Positions 1 to 13,169 of a DNA stretch of 64,000 bases are shown here, in pieces. The position numbers and the translations under genes are program-made. The notes beneath the pieces were generated by a model, which saw only the letters and a program-made list of their open reading frames with translations, had not been told where the DNA came from and ran no database searches. The first letter of the stretch is position 1, and every line of letters begins with the position of its first letter. Origin of the DNA: Macrostomum hystrix (Eukaryota > Animalia > Platyhelminthes); assembly GCA_950097015.1 (NCBI GenBank), contig CATNEN010000024.1:5952001-6016000 (forward strand). The letters are read 5' to 3'.

Positions 1-530
1 ACGGTCACTAGTTAGGGTCATGAGTCATGTCACTGGTGGGGATCATAAGTCAGGGTCACTGGATGGGGTCATGAGTCAGGGTCACTGGTTGTGGTCGTGA
101 GTCACGGTTACTAGTTAGGGTCATGAGTCAGGGTCACTGGTTGGGGTCATGAGTCAGAGTCACTGGTGGGGATCATGAGTCGGGGTCACTGATTGGGGCC
201 ATGAGTCACGGTCACTGGCTGGGGTCATGAGTCGGGGTCACTGGTTGGGGCCATGAGTCACGGTCACTGACTGGGGTCATGAGTCAGACTCACTGGTTGG
301 GATCATGAGTCGGGGTCACTGGTTGGGATCATGAGTCAGACTCACTGGTTGGGATCATGAGTCGGGGTCACTGGTTGGGATCATGAGTCGGGGTCACTGG
401 TTGGGATCATGAGTCGGGGTCACTGGTTGGGATCATGAGTCGGGGTCACTGGTTGGGATCATGAGTCGGGGTCACTGGTTGGGGCCATGAGTCACGATCA
501 CTGGCTGGGGTCATGAGTCAGAGTCACTGG
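1..530. repeat. Minisatellite, 26-bp unit CGGGGTCACTGGTTGGGATCATGAGT (runs off window start)
   Basis: Direct tandem periodicity, e.g. GATC at 301 and 327. Confidence 0.95.
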
Positions 531-884
531 TTCACTTCGAGTAGTAATGCACGTGAAAGAGTTAGTTAAATAGAATGGTTCATTTATATTCTTTTATACC
601 TTGATATTATTTAAGTCCAAATAAAAAAAAATTAATTTATTAAAAATTTATACTTTGCTTGTGAGATGCAAATCAGACCAAATTTACAGGATCATGTGCA
701 AGCAGAAAGTATGTAAAATCTGCACCTTGAACAGAAATTGCAGTATATTTACTGTTCTTCTGTTTCCATCATTTACATAAATAAAAATTTGCGCATCTTA
801 TTCGCTAATTATTCCAAAAATCGCGGAAGAAAGACTTGCACAGATTTTCTCGTTAGCAATCGCCAAGGGAACAGACAGAGGTTA

Positions 885-1285
885 GAGTGACCTGTGCGGT
901 GGAAAGTGGAGTAGCGTGAGGGTTGGAGAGTGGGGTAGCGTGAGGGGTGGAGAGTGGAGTAGCGTGAGGGTTGGAGAGTGGGGTAGCGTGAGTGGTGGAG
1001 AGTGGAGTTGCGTGAGTGTTAAAGAGTGGAGTAGTGTGTGTTGAAGAGTGGAGTAGTGTGTGTTGAAGAGTGGAGTAGTGTGTGTTGAAGAGTGGAGTAG
1101 TGTGTGTTAAAGAGTGGAGTAGTGTGTGTTGAAGAGTGGAGTAGTGTGTGTTGAAGGGTGGAGTAGCGTGAGGGTTGGAGAGTGGGGTAGCGTGAGGGGT
1201 GGAGAGTGGAGTAGCGTGAGGGTTGGAGAGTGGAGTAGCGTGAGGGTTGGAGAGTGGAGTTGCGTGAGTGTTAAAGAGTGGAGTA
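885..1285. repeat. Minisatellite, 22-24-bp G/A-rich units (GAGTGGAGTAGCGTGAGGGTTGGA / AGAGTGGAGTAGTGTGTGTTGA)
   Basis: Visible tandem copies; explains ORF 853..1332. Confidence 0.9.
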
Positions 1286-1503
1286 TGTAGATGAGTGGCG
1301 TAGTCCAAAATGACTACGAAGATTGAATGCAATTGTTATTCAAGTAACAAATGATAGGGTTAGATAGTGCAGCATTAGTATCGATCAGTACTAGACCATG
1401 GTTAAGAATTGACCATACAGAAGCATTAAAATGTAGCAGTCTCTTTGACTATACACAGCAAAGGCTTTCTACAGCGAGTAATAACAAAGAAAGTCCATCC
1501 CGC

Positions 1504-2229
1504 TCAGCCAATCGGCTTGGAGAACTGGAAGATTTCGTCCGCAGTCAGCTCTCTGTCGCGTTCCAGAATCTCTGGATTTCTGCCGCGCAGGTAGCGCGCC
1601 TTCTTCGCCTCCTGGAGCAGCGTCTTGAAGTCTCGCTCCAAACGGTCCAGCTCCACCGTCTTCTGGCCGGCCGACGCGGCTGCATCTGCCGACGGCTCCT
1701 CCTTCGGCTCCTCCAACGGGACTCGTCGACCAGCGCCGGCCGTCTTATTGCGTCGTCGCCGATTTCGCCGCTGAAGTTCGGCCAAGTCGCCGGTATCGCC
1801 GCGCCAATCATCCACGAAGGTTTCGGCTCTCTCGATGGCGGAGTCCATGAGGTGACGCGAGCGGCACTTCTTCATGAACTGCTCCAGGCTGAGCCCGTTG
1901 ATCAGGACTCGCGGCGTGCCCGCAGCCCCGCTGGCGCCCGCCGCCGCATCGTCGCTAGCTCGCTGACGCTCGAGAAAGTCGGTGAGCAGTTCATCCTCGG
2001 ACTCGGTCAGCTCGAACAGTTGCCCAGTGGCGGAGGCGATAGAACGGCGAGGCGTCGAAGACGCGGCGATGCCGGGCGAGGTGCCGGGCAGGCGGGAGAC
2101 GAAGATGGGCGGCTGCATCGGCTCCGGTGTCTCGTTGTCGTCGTCGGGCTCCGACGGTTCGTGAATGACGAACTCGAACTGGGCGGACTGGCCTTGATGC
2201 TGCGGAGCAAGTGGGGAATGACTGCGTGG
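1504..2229 (-). CDS. Last coding exon of an unrecognised coiled-coil/charged protein
   Basis: GC-rich open frame PRSHSP...FSKPIG*; acceptor ttgtggttcctcag| at 2230-2231, phase 0, matching the phase-0 donor at 2970. Confidence 0.75.
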   Translation of the reverse strand, partial: PRSHSPLAPQHQGQSAQFEFVIHEPSEPDDDNETPEPMQPPIFVSRLPGTSPGIAASSTPRRSIASATGQLFELTESEDELLTDFLERQRASDDAAAGASGAAGTPRVLINGLSLEQFMKKCRSRHLMDSAIERAETFVDDWRGDTGDLAELQRRNRRRRNKTAGAGRRVPLEEPKEEPSADAAASAGQKTVELDRLERDFKTLLQEAKKARYLRGRNPEILERDRELTADEIFQFSKPIG

Positions 2230-2241
2230 CTGAGGAACCAC

Positions 2242-2790
2242 AATCCAGAAATTATGAATCCACAATTTCGGAATCCACAATTTCGGAATCCAGAAATTCG
2301 GAATCCAGAAATTCGGAATCCAGAAATTCGGAATCCAGAAATTCGGAATCCAGAAATTCGGAATCCAGAAATTCGGAATCCAGAAATTCGGAATCCAGAA
2401 ATTCGTAGTTCAGAAATTCTGAAACCAGAAATTCGGAATCCAAAAATTCGGAATCTAGAAATTCGGAATCCAAAAATTCGGAATCCAGAAATTCGGAATC
2501 CAGAAATTCGGAATCCAGAAATTCGTAGTTCAGAAATTCGGAATCCAGAAATTCGTAGTTCAGAAATTCTGAATCTAGAAATTCGGAATCCAGAAATTCT
2601 GAATCCAGAAATTCGGAATCCAGAAATTCTGAATCCAGAAATTCGGAATCCACAATTTCGGAATCCAGAAATTCGGAATCCAGAAATTCGGAATCCACAA
2701 TTTCGGAATCCAGAAATTCGGAATCCAGAAATTATGAATCCACAATTTCGGAATCCACAATTTCGGAGTTCAGAAATTTGGAGTTACCTA
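2242..2790. repeat. Intronic minisatellite, 15-bp unit CAGAAATTCGGAATC
   Basis: Tandem copies inside intron 2230-2970; source of the RNPEI/DSEFL ORFs. Confidence 0.95.
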
Positions 2791-2970
2791 ATATGGAAAA
2801 TCTGGAGATGCAGAAAATTCTGAGAATCGCAGAATTCGGGAAATCGAGAAATCCTGAATATTGTAAAATTGAGAACTATGAGCTAAAACTTCTTGCCAAG
2901 TTGGGAAATTCGGAGAAAGGTCAGTCCAGAAAACAGATATCAGGCAAGTCACTGATTCTTCGCGTCAAAC

Positions 2971-3326
2971 CTTCGAGGCGGCGGGGTTGCCGTGCAGGTG
3001 CTGGCCAGTCTCCGGGTCCGTCTCACAGGCGCCGTCCATGTGCCGCATCAGCTGATGAGATTTAATCTTGGCCAGCTCGCTGTTGTACCTGACAAGTCGG
3101 TCCTCCATCACGCTGCGCTCCCGCTTCAGCCGGCCCATCACGGCGTCGGTGTTGATCACCTCGAAGTACAGCCGCTTCTTCAGCTGCTCACCGTCCAGGC
3201 GTTGGTGACGACGCTGATCGTGAGAAAGCTTGTAGGACCGCTCTCTGACCGCTTTGCGCCATTCCACCTGCATCCTGCTCTGTGGCTGGCGTCTATGGTA
3301 AATCCGCTTGATTTTGGGATCTGAGT
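2971..3326 (-). CDS. Internal exon of the same unrecognised coiled-coil gene
   Basis: Open frame DSDPKIKRIYH...MQVEWRKAV...AASK; acceptor ttccctccatag| (alternative at 3321-3322), donor AAG|gtttga at 2969-2970. Confidence 0.7.
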
Positions 3327-4289
3327 CTATGGAGGGAAGATTTCGATTCTGTAACTGAACTACTATGAGCTTTTAAGACTGATGCCGCCGGCAGATGCTC
3401 AGCAACAGAAATACAGAGAGAGAGAGAGCTAATATTGTTCTTTTTTTCTCTCTCTCTCTCTTAAATCTGTTTTAGCCAAAGGCTTTTAAACAATGAGCCC
3501 GGCAGGTTGGTGAATCTTTGCTAGACTTAGACTGCAAAGTAAACACTGCTTGGAATAGGGGAGGCGGAGGGGTGGGCGTTTGAGCTCATATACGGTTTTT
3601 TTACACACTCTCAAAACAGACATATGTCGGCCCTGGAGCACTCGCCGTCTGTCTACCTATCCCCTATATAGCCGTGTCCATGACGCCATCATCATTGTAT
3701 TTTTGCTTCAGCTCTGCTGTCTGTGTTTATGTACCTATGGCTCATTGTTCAAAGCTGTCACAAGAGCAGCATAGGCTAGCGCTCGAAAATAATTTGAAAC
3801 TCTTTTGAAAGAGATAATATATGGACAATGTCATGATGAATTTGTGCACAATATACGAGGCCAGGTGGGTACGACTCAAGCACCCACATCATTCACTATT
3901 TCTTTTGTCTTCTCTTCGCAAACAATTTCGAGATTGAAGATCGAGGGGCTACATTGTTTATCATTTGTTTATCATTTGTTTCTCATTTGTTTTACCGTTT
4001 TTGGACCACTGCACAAACACCAGCTGACTGAGAAGCCGAAAGAGAATTTTATATGAAACAATGTGCAGTAAATAAGACGTAACTTCATTAAACTAAGGAA
4101 TGCTTAGGTTTAGGCTAATGAGTTTAAATAAATGCGACAGTTTAGGACCAACCAATTAAATCTTTGTACAGATGTGGCTCAGGGAGAAAAGCAAAAACTG
4201 TGAAAGTTAGCAAGATACTAAAGAGACTGGAGGAGAGATTCTCTCAGTCTCTCATTATCTTAGTAGCTTAGTGGTATCTTGAGGTTACA

Positions 4290-4955
4290 GGAGAGATGAG
4301 GAGAGACAGAGAGACTGATAGACTGATAGGCTGAGAATGATAATGAGAGACTGGGAGAGATAATGAGCGACTCGGGGAGATAATGAGAGGCTGAGAGAGA
4401 TTATGAGAGACTCAGGGAGATAATCAGAGGCTGAGAGAGATAATGAGAGACTCAGGGAGATAATGAGAGGCTGAGAGAGATAATGAGAGACTCGGGGAGA
4501 TAATGAGAGGCTGGGAGAGATAATGAGAGACTCGGGGAGATAATGAGTGGCTGAGAGAGATTATGAGAGACTGGGAGAGACAATGAGAGACTGAGAGAGA
4601 TAATGAGATTTGATATTAACAGCCAGGGAGAGATAATGAGAGACTGGGAGAGATAATGGGAGGCTGAGAGAGATAATGAGAGACTCGGGGAGATAATGAG
4701 AGGCTGGGAGAGATAATGAGAGACTCGGGGAGATAATGAGAGACTGGGAGAGATAATGAGAGGCTGAGAGAGATAATGAGAGACTCGGGAGATAATGAGA
4801 GGCTGGGAGAGATAATGAGAGACTCGGGGAGATAATGAGTGGCTGAGAGAGATTAGGAGAGACTGGGAGAGACAATGAGAGACTGAGAGAGATAATGAGA
4901 GACTGGGAGAGATAATGGGATTTGATATTAACAGCCAGGGAGAGATAATGAGAGA
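4290..4955. repeat. GA-rich minisatellite, ~20-bp unit (GAGAGATAATGAGAGGCTGA / GAGACTCGGG variants)
   Basis: Tandem periodicity. Confidence 0.9.
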
Positions 4956-5869
4956 CATTTGCTCACAAAATAGCAATTAAAGCGCATCGCACGCTACTGC
5001 AGTTTGCATAGAGTGAGTAGTATTATGAGAAAATGAAACTTAAACGTTTCCAACCGATGTAAGGCGCAGAAAAGCTTGTCGAGAAATCGATGGTGTATCT
5101 TGGATCGAATATATCTGTCCAGCTGTGGGAGCATCGCCGTCCGCTATCTGCCATTCAATCTGTCTCTCTCTTATCTCTCCCCCCTATTTTTTATTCCCTT
5201 TATAGGATTCTAGCTTTAGCTTCAAAAGCGCTTTACTCGTTGTCATAAGGCGAAAAGGCTTTGATTCTCTTCTTGGAATACAACTTGCCTTTCCTGTAGC
5301 TCGCTCCGACCCATAGCTGGCTATACTACAGAGCCCGGTCCATTGTGCGCACGACTTGGCCCTCGGGAGGGCAGTGCTATCTAATCTGAGGGACTCCTCC
5401 CTCCCCACCTCCTGGCCCCTCAATACCCCAAATGGCCCGCTCCCAGCCAGCGCCTGTCGTGTCCTGATTTTACCTCCAGCCTCGAGCTTTAACCCTTCGT
5501 TAGGAGAGGGGAGGGGGGCCTGGCCTCTCTAAGCGTACAGTAAAAAAGCTCCTTGGAGCAGCAATATCGCAAACGTCTCGCAGCAATAATGCATAATTAA
5601 TAGCCCAACATTTGTGGACAGAAGAAGCAGCTGCAGAGATGGCAATTAAACTGGAACCGGTCAACTGACAACATGCCGATTTGAGGTACCGAAACACGGC
5701 TAATCCATCAGAAGTCTTGTCTCACCGGGTCATTAGCATTCGGACAAGCAAATGCATTGATTTCGAGAATTCAGAATCAGAACTATCAGAAGAACTGGGT
5801 GCAGACAGATTTTGAGATCTGGGTTAACAGAGTGACCTTTCCAGATCAAAATAAGGACGCTGAGATTTT

Positions 5870-6520
5870 GAGATCAGAGTTCAGACGTTGAGATTTTGAG
5901 ATTGAGGTTAGAAGAGTGAGATTCTGAGATTGAGGTTAGGAAAGTGAGATTCTGAGATTGAGGTTAGGAGAGTGAGATTTTGAGATTGAGGTTAGGAGAG
6001 TGAGATTTTGAGATTGAGGTTAGAAGAGTGAGATTCTGAGATTGAGGTTAGGAGAGTGAGATTTTGAGATTGAGGTTAGAAGAGTGAGATTCTGAGATTG
6101 AGGTTAGGAGAGTGAGATTCTGAGATTGAGGTTAGGAGAGTGAGATTCTGAGATTGAGGTTAGAAGAGTGAGATTCTGAGATTGAGGTTAGGAGAGTGAG
6201 ATTCTGAGATTGAGGTTAGGAGAGTGAGATTCTGAGATTGAGGTTAGGAGAGTGACATTTTGAGATTGAGGTTAGGAGAGTGAGATTTTGAGATTGAGGT
6301 TAGGAGAGTGAGATTTTGAGATTGAGGTTAGACGGTAAGATTTTGAGATTCAAGTTGGGAAGGTGAGATTAAAAAAATTGAAGTTAAGAGTGAGATTTTG
6401 AGATAGAAGTTATGAGACTGAGATTGTGAGATTGAGATTAGGAAAGTGAGACTTTGAGATTGAAATTGAGACGGTGAGACTTTGATGTTGATGTTAAGAG
6501 AGTGAGATTTTGAGATGACG
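5870..6520. repeat. Minisatellite, 28-bp unit GAGATT(T/C)TGAGATTGAGGTTAGGAGAGT with degenerate 3' edge
   Basis: Tandem periodicity. Confidence 0.9.
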
Positions 6521-6626
6521 GTTTCGAAGAAAGTCTTCATCAAACGAGTGCATCCCAGCTTCTTTTAGCATTTTAAAAGACGATATATAAGAAACTGCGC
6601 AACAAGAAATTGAAAACGGCGCTGAC

Positions 6627-6754
6627 CTTCGGCCATTGCATAGGTCAGCAGTTGCTTTGCTTTGAAATTCAAAGGACTGTGGGTGTGCGAGTAGGTTTGT
6701 GTGCATCTTTTCGAAGCATAGAATCCTTCGAAGTCGAAGTGCAAGAATTCGGTT
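6627..6754 (-). CDS. Candidate upstream exon of the coiled-coil gene (TEFLHFDFEGFYASKRC...LLTYAMAE)
   Basis: Pyrimidine tract plus ttatag| acceptor, GAAG|gtcagc donor; the phase-1 end fits the phase-1 acceptor at 3326; a second frame is also open, so the frame is uncertain. Confidence 0.4.
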
Positions 6755-7131
6755 CTATAAGGTCACAGGGATTTTGGTTGGGCACAGAGGAAAATGTAGG
6801 GAAAATGGGATTTCGACCTCGACTGTCAGTCTAGGAGAAGAATTATCGATTTTTTTGTCGGCTGCAAGGAAGGGAAATGTGCTGGACTGTGCAGCAATGC
6901 GCACTGACGCACCGCAGTTGCTGTCCAGGCGAAGCCAAAGCTGTGCGGCTTAAATCTAGACTTGGCAGCCAACTTTTCTTTCAGCTTTCGTTCTTTAATA
7001 GTTTGTTTTGCCATCCTCGCATTGTTAGAGGATTTGCCGGAGAATTCTTGACTTGGGAGACCAGTGGTTTGTGGGGTTACAGCTGGATAAGCATCCCATT
7101 TAATTATAATCACTTCTTTTTTAAGTTGGTA

Positions 7132-7371
7132 GGGGTTGTAGCCTAGTGGTTAGAGCGTCGGACTCACGACTTGAAGGTCGGGGGTTCGATTCCGGATTCG
7201 ACTGGAACAATGTATCGTTTAGCAAGACACTTAACCCTGCATTGCTTCAGTTCACCCAGCTGTTAAATGGGTACCAGCATTGGCCGGGATAACTGAGGGT
7301 GGGTGGGACTGAACAGCCGTACGCAGCCTTCAGATGCGTACAAGTGTAATCAATGATTACTAATTATTATT
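7132..7371 (+). mobile_element. tRNA-derived SINE with CORE-like central domain
   Basis: A box TAGCCTAGTGG (7139-7149), B box GGTTCGATTCC (7183-7193), then GCAAGACACTTAACCCTGCATTGCTTCAGTTCACCCAGCTGTTAAATGGGTACC resembling the CORE/MIR domain; AT-rich tail. Confidence 0.8.
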
Positions 7372-7829
7372 GAAGCTAGGAGAATCTGAGATTAATACAT
7401 ACTTTGTAGATGGGAGAGCCAGGAAGCATATTTTGTGACTCATGTTGCAATGGCCCGGCCAGCTCTATTGATTGATTTTGTTTTGCTTGTATTGACAGGC
7501 GTGTCCAAAGCAAAATCTGATGCCAAGGAAGTGAGATGAGCATGTCTAGATTAGAAGAAGAATGCTACATGAAGATCTATCTACATAGATAAGATACCCG
7601 ACCGGGTGTTAGTAGCTTAGTGGTATCTTGAGGCTAGACTAAAACTGCATTAAAGTAAGCCAGCAATCTACAATAAAATTCTGCCACATCTACGAGGCAA
7701 AGCAGCAAACATTCAGCTCAATGGCTTCGATGCTTTGCACAATGTTGAGGAATTTATTATGCACTGTGCGATACCATGCGCGCTCGTATGAACTATTGCG
7801 CTAGAAAATACAAGCATTATGATTGAAGA

Positions 7830-8050
7830 GAACGAAGGAAGAGAACGAAGGAAGAGAACAAAGGAGAATGGGGAGAGAACGAAGGAGAATGGGAAGAGAA
7901 CGAAGGAGAATGGGAAGAGAACGAAGGAGAATGGGAAGAGAACGAAGGAGAATGGGAAGAGAACGAAGGAGAATGGGAAGAGAACGAAGGAGAATGGGAA
8001 GAGAACGAAGGAGAAACAGGAGAGAACGAAAGGGAAAGGGGGAGAAACGA
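7830..8050. repeat. Purine-rich minisatellite, 21-bp unit GAAGAGAACGAAGGAGAATGG
   Basis: Tandem periodicity. Confidence 0.9.
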
Positions 8051-9119
8051 AAGAAGAAGAAAAGGGGGAGAAATTAAAAGAGAAAGGGTAGAAGGAAGGT
8101 AAGGCGGATTCACAATGATGTGCAGAGCTGAGCAGATGAGTAGAGAATAACAGAGGACGCATAAGAGCTAACAAGGCAAACAAGAGCCCAGGTGAGGTCG
8201 GTGAGCAGCGGCAGGCAGAGTCGAAGCAGAGGAATCAGACTGACCTAAAAGCAAATAGCCGCCCAAGACTATGCCCTAGGTCAACAGCATGCAGTGTGGA
8301 AGCATTTTTACCAGAATACTGAACAAGAACAAGAGCCCGAGGAAGAGGCAAACAGGTAAGTACTAACTAGGCCAGAGAGCGAAATAGCATTAAGAGAGAG
8401 GCGGGCACACACACACACGGAGCTCGGTCATGCATACGCATGCATATGCATAAATGCATTAACTGCTTTAACGAAACTGCAGCATACAATTTTAGTTGGC
8501 ATAGTTTTCATTCTAAATGGCGCTCAACTAGTGTGAAATAACCGGCAAAATGACTTGGCCGAGAACTGGGCGCGTGGGAGAGAAAGAGAAATATATAGGA
8601 ATTAGTGGTGAGAAATGAATGAATGCGAGCCAATTCAATAGCTGTGCGAGACTTTAGAAGTTGGAATAGAAATACTAGCTGACTGACTGAGAAGCGACTC
8701 GCATGGAGCAATGCTAGGTCACTTTGGAACTCAATAACGGTTCTCGACTCGAATGCATTCCAATTACTCGAAGCCAAACAGATTATAGCTGTGAATCTCT
8801 TTATATAAGTGACCTCAAATTAACTGTATAATACAAGGGCCAAATATGCAATCGTTTTAGCTTTACTTTCGCTTTGGCTGGGAGAGCACGATTACACAGA
8901 CCAGTAAGCCATAGACCAACTGGCAGGAAGTGCAGTGCAGCGCCGAGGTACTGCTGAGAGCGCATGTTTATTTGATTATTTTATATACAGCAATTTCCTG
9001 TGTGACCCGGATGGCTTACTCAGCTTGAATTGCTTTTAGTACAATGCGCGATGCGCAGCAAGCTAGTTTTACACGGCCACGAGCAGCTCATAATTAAATC
9101 CATACATGAAACAGGATTG

Positions 9120-9250
9120 TCGTCCACTGGTTAGGAGTTTCGGATTTGACCGAGAAGTCAAAAGTACGAATCCCATCTCTAGAGTTGCGCACAACACTTG
9201 AATTCCGATCTCAGCCTAGTTCACACTGCAGTAAAATGGAGCAGTACCTG
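9120..9250 (+). mobile_element. Diverged, truncated SINE copy
   Basis: Degenerate A/B boxes; shares TTTGACCGAGA-GTC with the copy at ~39556; CAGTAAAATGG...GTACC end of CORE-like domain. Confidence 0.5.
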
Positions 9251-9575
9251 ATGATTGAAGGTTATGACTCACACCTGATGATCGATGCCAAATGACTCAC
9301 ACATGATGTTTGATGCTAATGGAATCATACCTGATGATTGATGCTAAATGACTCACACCTGATGATCGATGCTAAATGACTCACACCTGATGATCGATGC
9401 TAAATGACTCACACCTGATGTTTGATGCTAATGGAATCATACCTGATGACTGACGCTAAATGACTCACACCTGATGTTTGATGCTAATGGAATCATACCT
9501 GATGATTGATGCTAAATGACTCATACCTGATGATCGATGCTAAATGACTCACACATGATGTTTGATGCTAAATGA
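9250..9575. repeat. Minisatellite, 28-bp unit TGATCGATGCTAAATGACTCACACCTGA
   Basis: Tandem periodicity. Confidence 0.9.
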
Positions 9576-12500
9576 CCTATACCAGGTAATACCAGGGAAT
9601 GACTCATTCCATATCAATAGCTAGTCATTGCAGAAGGTGATTACAAAAACTAGATAATCGAAATCATTTAGGCAATGAAAAAAGCTAGCAGATAAAAACC
9701 TCTTATATAAAAAACGATGTAAGAGGGATCATATCGTATTATATATCGATCATATAATAGAAGAGTTGACATTACAAAACAAAATATAAATCTAGCAGAC
9801 ACGAAACAAATTAAATTAGCATAAGTTGTACAGTCAACGGACATGTGTGATTAACTGCATAATACACTAAGATTATTAACTAGGCTGGCTGCCTAGGCAG
9901 TGCTTAAAGCATCAAGACATCAATGCATTATGCAGTGAAACCACGCAGTCACTGATGATAATTTCACAAACAAGGGGCAAATCTGGGATAAGGAAGGTAG
10001 GAAAAATTGTGCAGCTTAATGACACGAATTTCGTGAACAACCTGCATAATAGATAGTAAAATTTTGGATAAAACAAAATGGCAATCTATTTCTGCAAGTT
10101 GTTAAACACGCCACTCGTGCCAGATCATTAGCTTTGTAAACACAAAAACAATAGACAACTTCAAGTTAACTTACCCAAAAGGCTGCTAAATAAAATCTGA
10201 AAAAAACACATTTCTTAATGTTTGCATCATGACTAAGAAGCAATCAGATCTTAATTTAGATTTCTGCATAGACACTAGCCATATATTAAAAGTGAACTGC
10301 AATAAAACTTTTTGTGATGGTAAGAAAATGTGAAAATCTAAATTTATATGAACCTATGCAATTCAAACAAAAGTGGAGTTGTTAAATTTACCTATTTGAA
10401 AACAAACTGGCTGAAAATAAAATTTTTGCCAAAATGTTTCACCTAATTGAAAGACTAATATATCAATAAAATGTTGTAAATATATTATTTGGAATTAGAT
10501 AATTTGGCTTTTATTAAAAACCCTTAAAACTTGCTAATTGTAATGTAGATGCGGTCATATAGAGCATTAACCAGGTCCTACCCCTCAAGGCAAGTAGCAA
10601 ATCTACTTCATGGAAATGTGAGGCTTTTATAGTAGCTCTACTTATATATTTTAAACTGAATTTATTGAAATAAACTGGATTTTATTGTAAACTAACCATA
10701 TCCACTGGGAAATAACTTGATTTGCACTTGGAAACTAAAAATAAGCAGAAGCTACTACAAAAAAACTATTTATATTGAGTGCTCTACAGTGAAATTTTCA
10801 CTGAGACAAGCAAAGGAGTTGATTCAACAAGAATATAGAATTATAAAACAAAGCTAAAAAACTGAAATATAATTATAATTAAGCGTATTAAATATTGCAA
10901 AGCTAATTTAAACTCCTATAATTTTGACAATCTACTTCTATGATGTGCAAGAAGTAAAAAAACTAAAAAAAATAACTTTATACAAATGCTTTTTATCAGA
11001 TATATAAGAAAACTAGATTTTGATTAGGATGAGATTCAAGATTGAACAATACAACAAAATAAAAGCAAAAATGTTTTAACTATCTTTAAAAAATAATAAT
11101 ATGATTTTTCTTTATGATTTTTACCTTGCTTTTTTCTCTTTAGAGTTAAATTCGTATGGCATAACTTTTTATTTTTCACATAATTTTGTTTTGTCTTGAC
11201 TTTCTTGAAAAAAATATTTTTCTATAAAGCTGAGATCTTGTTATACCTCTAACTTAGAATGTATAAATTACATTAATATAAGAGGCTAGACAATACCTAG
11301 TAGGCCTAGATCTTTCTTGCAGTAGCTAGTTAGGGCCTACCATAATGCTAATAAGACAATGGTAAACATGTTTAACAATTACATCTAGGCTAGAAACAAG
11401 TTTAATTAACCTAGCTAATACTTACAAAATCTGCTATTTTAGGTTTGTATTATTTTAGTTTTTGCAAAAAATGATAATATATGCCTATTTGACACTTCAT
11501 ATGAATATAGTAGTATAAAACAATTATATTATACAATCAGCTCTTATAGGATATGACAATTATCGCTTAGTTTTCCACATAAAACATGTATCTAACTTAT
11601 CTTAAACAAATGTGTACAATTTTCAACACAAATCATACACACCCACAGTTAAAACTTTTTGTCAAGAGGAGCTACTTGCTACTCCAGTGATAGATAATGG
11701 GTCTGTGAAAACACTGAAATGGACTGCAGCAGACTGCAATAGAATAGACTACAGTCGGATTTTTTATCAGTAGACACAAAATTGATGTTTCATGTTTCAT
11801 TTTCTGATCCCCTTCAATACAATTTCCCCATTTAAAATATAATATAACAAAACAAAAGTGAATATAGGGTGGTGTGGCACACCTGTAAAAACTAAAGAAT
11901 ATTTGCTTGTTCCTACAAAACATTCTATTCACTTTCTCATGATCCCCTCCTAACAATATCCTATTTCGGTGATAAAATTTCGATATTGATGAAAATGCTA
12001 AGTTTCGTTTTCTGATCTTTATCAAAATAGTTTTCCTGCATTTAAAAGATAGTGATTATTGAAACGTCACTAGTCTGCGATGAATCGTATTTTTACCAAT
12101 AAACAGTAACTCGTCTCTTTAATATACATCATTGAAACACAAAAAGACCCGATCGTATCTTTTACATACGGGAATTGTATTAACGGAAGGCCCAGGTTCA
12201 ATAGGACAAATAAAAAAGGCGTCTACACTCAGTCTGCCATTGCTTGGCCTAGCTAAAAAATGAAAGTAATTTAATTTTTTACTTGATTTTTGGACGAGGA
12301 GAGTGATATCTTTTTTGCAATTAAATTATTAATATAAAGTGCAACAATTGATTATATTTGTCCGAAAAGCACCACTTACTAAAGTTTAAGTTTTTTCCAA
12401 TGATATGCACTAGTACCTTTCATTTTGTGGGATGTCGCGCAGTCAGTCAGGAAAAAAAATCGAAATGACACTATAATATCTTAGCAATCGCTACACACTC

Positions 12501-13169
12501 ACACAGGACAGACACACGGGTCAGTAGTCAGCTAAATCAGATAAATTGTAAACATATTTTGAAGCAGAGTAAAAAAGCACCCTAATAAATTTTATGCTTT
12601 GTAGGTAATTTTGAATAAAATGATTATTTTTATAGAATTTAAACACACTTAATGCGATTATAATATAAGAATAGCTATGTTGTACTTTTTATTAAGCATT
12701 TGTTTAGATATAATGAAACAAAACCACCGTTGATTTTTCTACTTTTGCATCCCGTAGAGATAAAATGAAAATTTTATTTCATGGTAAATTTCACACTTAA
12801 AATCTATTGGCTAAGATCATTAGTTTATTTTATGGTTTCAACTTGTAACAGCAAATAGCAAGCAAAAAGGGACCTGGAAAGAAGGGAGGCAAAAGGACTA
12901 CGTAACTAGCGAAAACTAGCATTTTACAACCACATCATTAACCGACCAAAAGCTGACCGCAACTCAGCAGCACCGTTTTTTAACGCCAGGCCCAGAGAGA
13001 TTCTGATTAGGTAAATAAAATTTGATAATTTTTTTTGGTGGCCCAAAAAACGATGCGGCTGAGGTGCGGTCAGCTTTTGGTAGGTCATCATTATGCTTTT
13101 AATAAAGGAAGCAGTAGCATATATTGAGCCAAACTTCGAGATCTGTATGCTTAAATTTTAAAGCTCGCT

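Noticed and set aside
1351-2823. 490-aa + strand ORF
   Set aside because: It is the antisense shadow of a GC-rich minus-strand exon fused to a stop-free 15-bp intronic repeat.
5560-5870. Coding-like + strand stretch with scattered stops (possible decayed transposon)
   Set aside because: No recognisable motif or termini, so it cannot be supported.
6700-6760. FLHFDFEGFYAS resembling a Penelope RT or Y-family polymerase motif
   Set aside because: No other RT or polymerase motifs follow; the segment is bounded by splice signals and fits better as a host exon.
7132-7205. Possible functional tRNA gene (also 62990-63060)
   Set aside because: Acceptor and anticodon stems pair poorly and the sequence continues into a SINE body.
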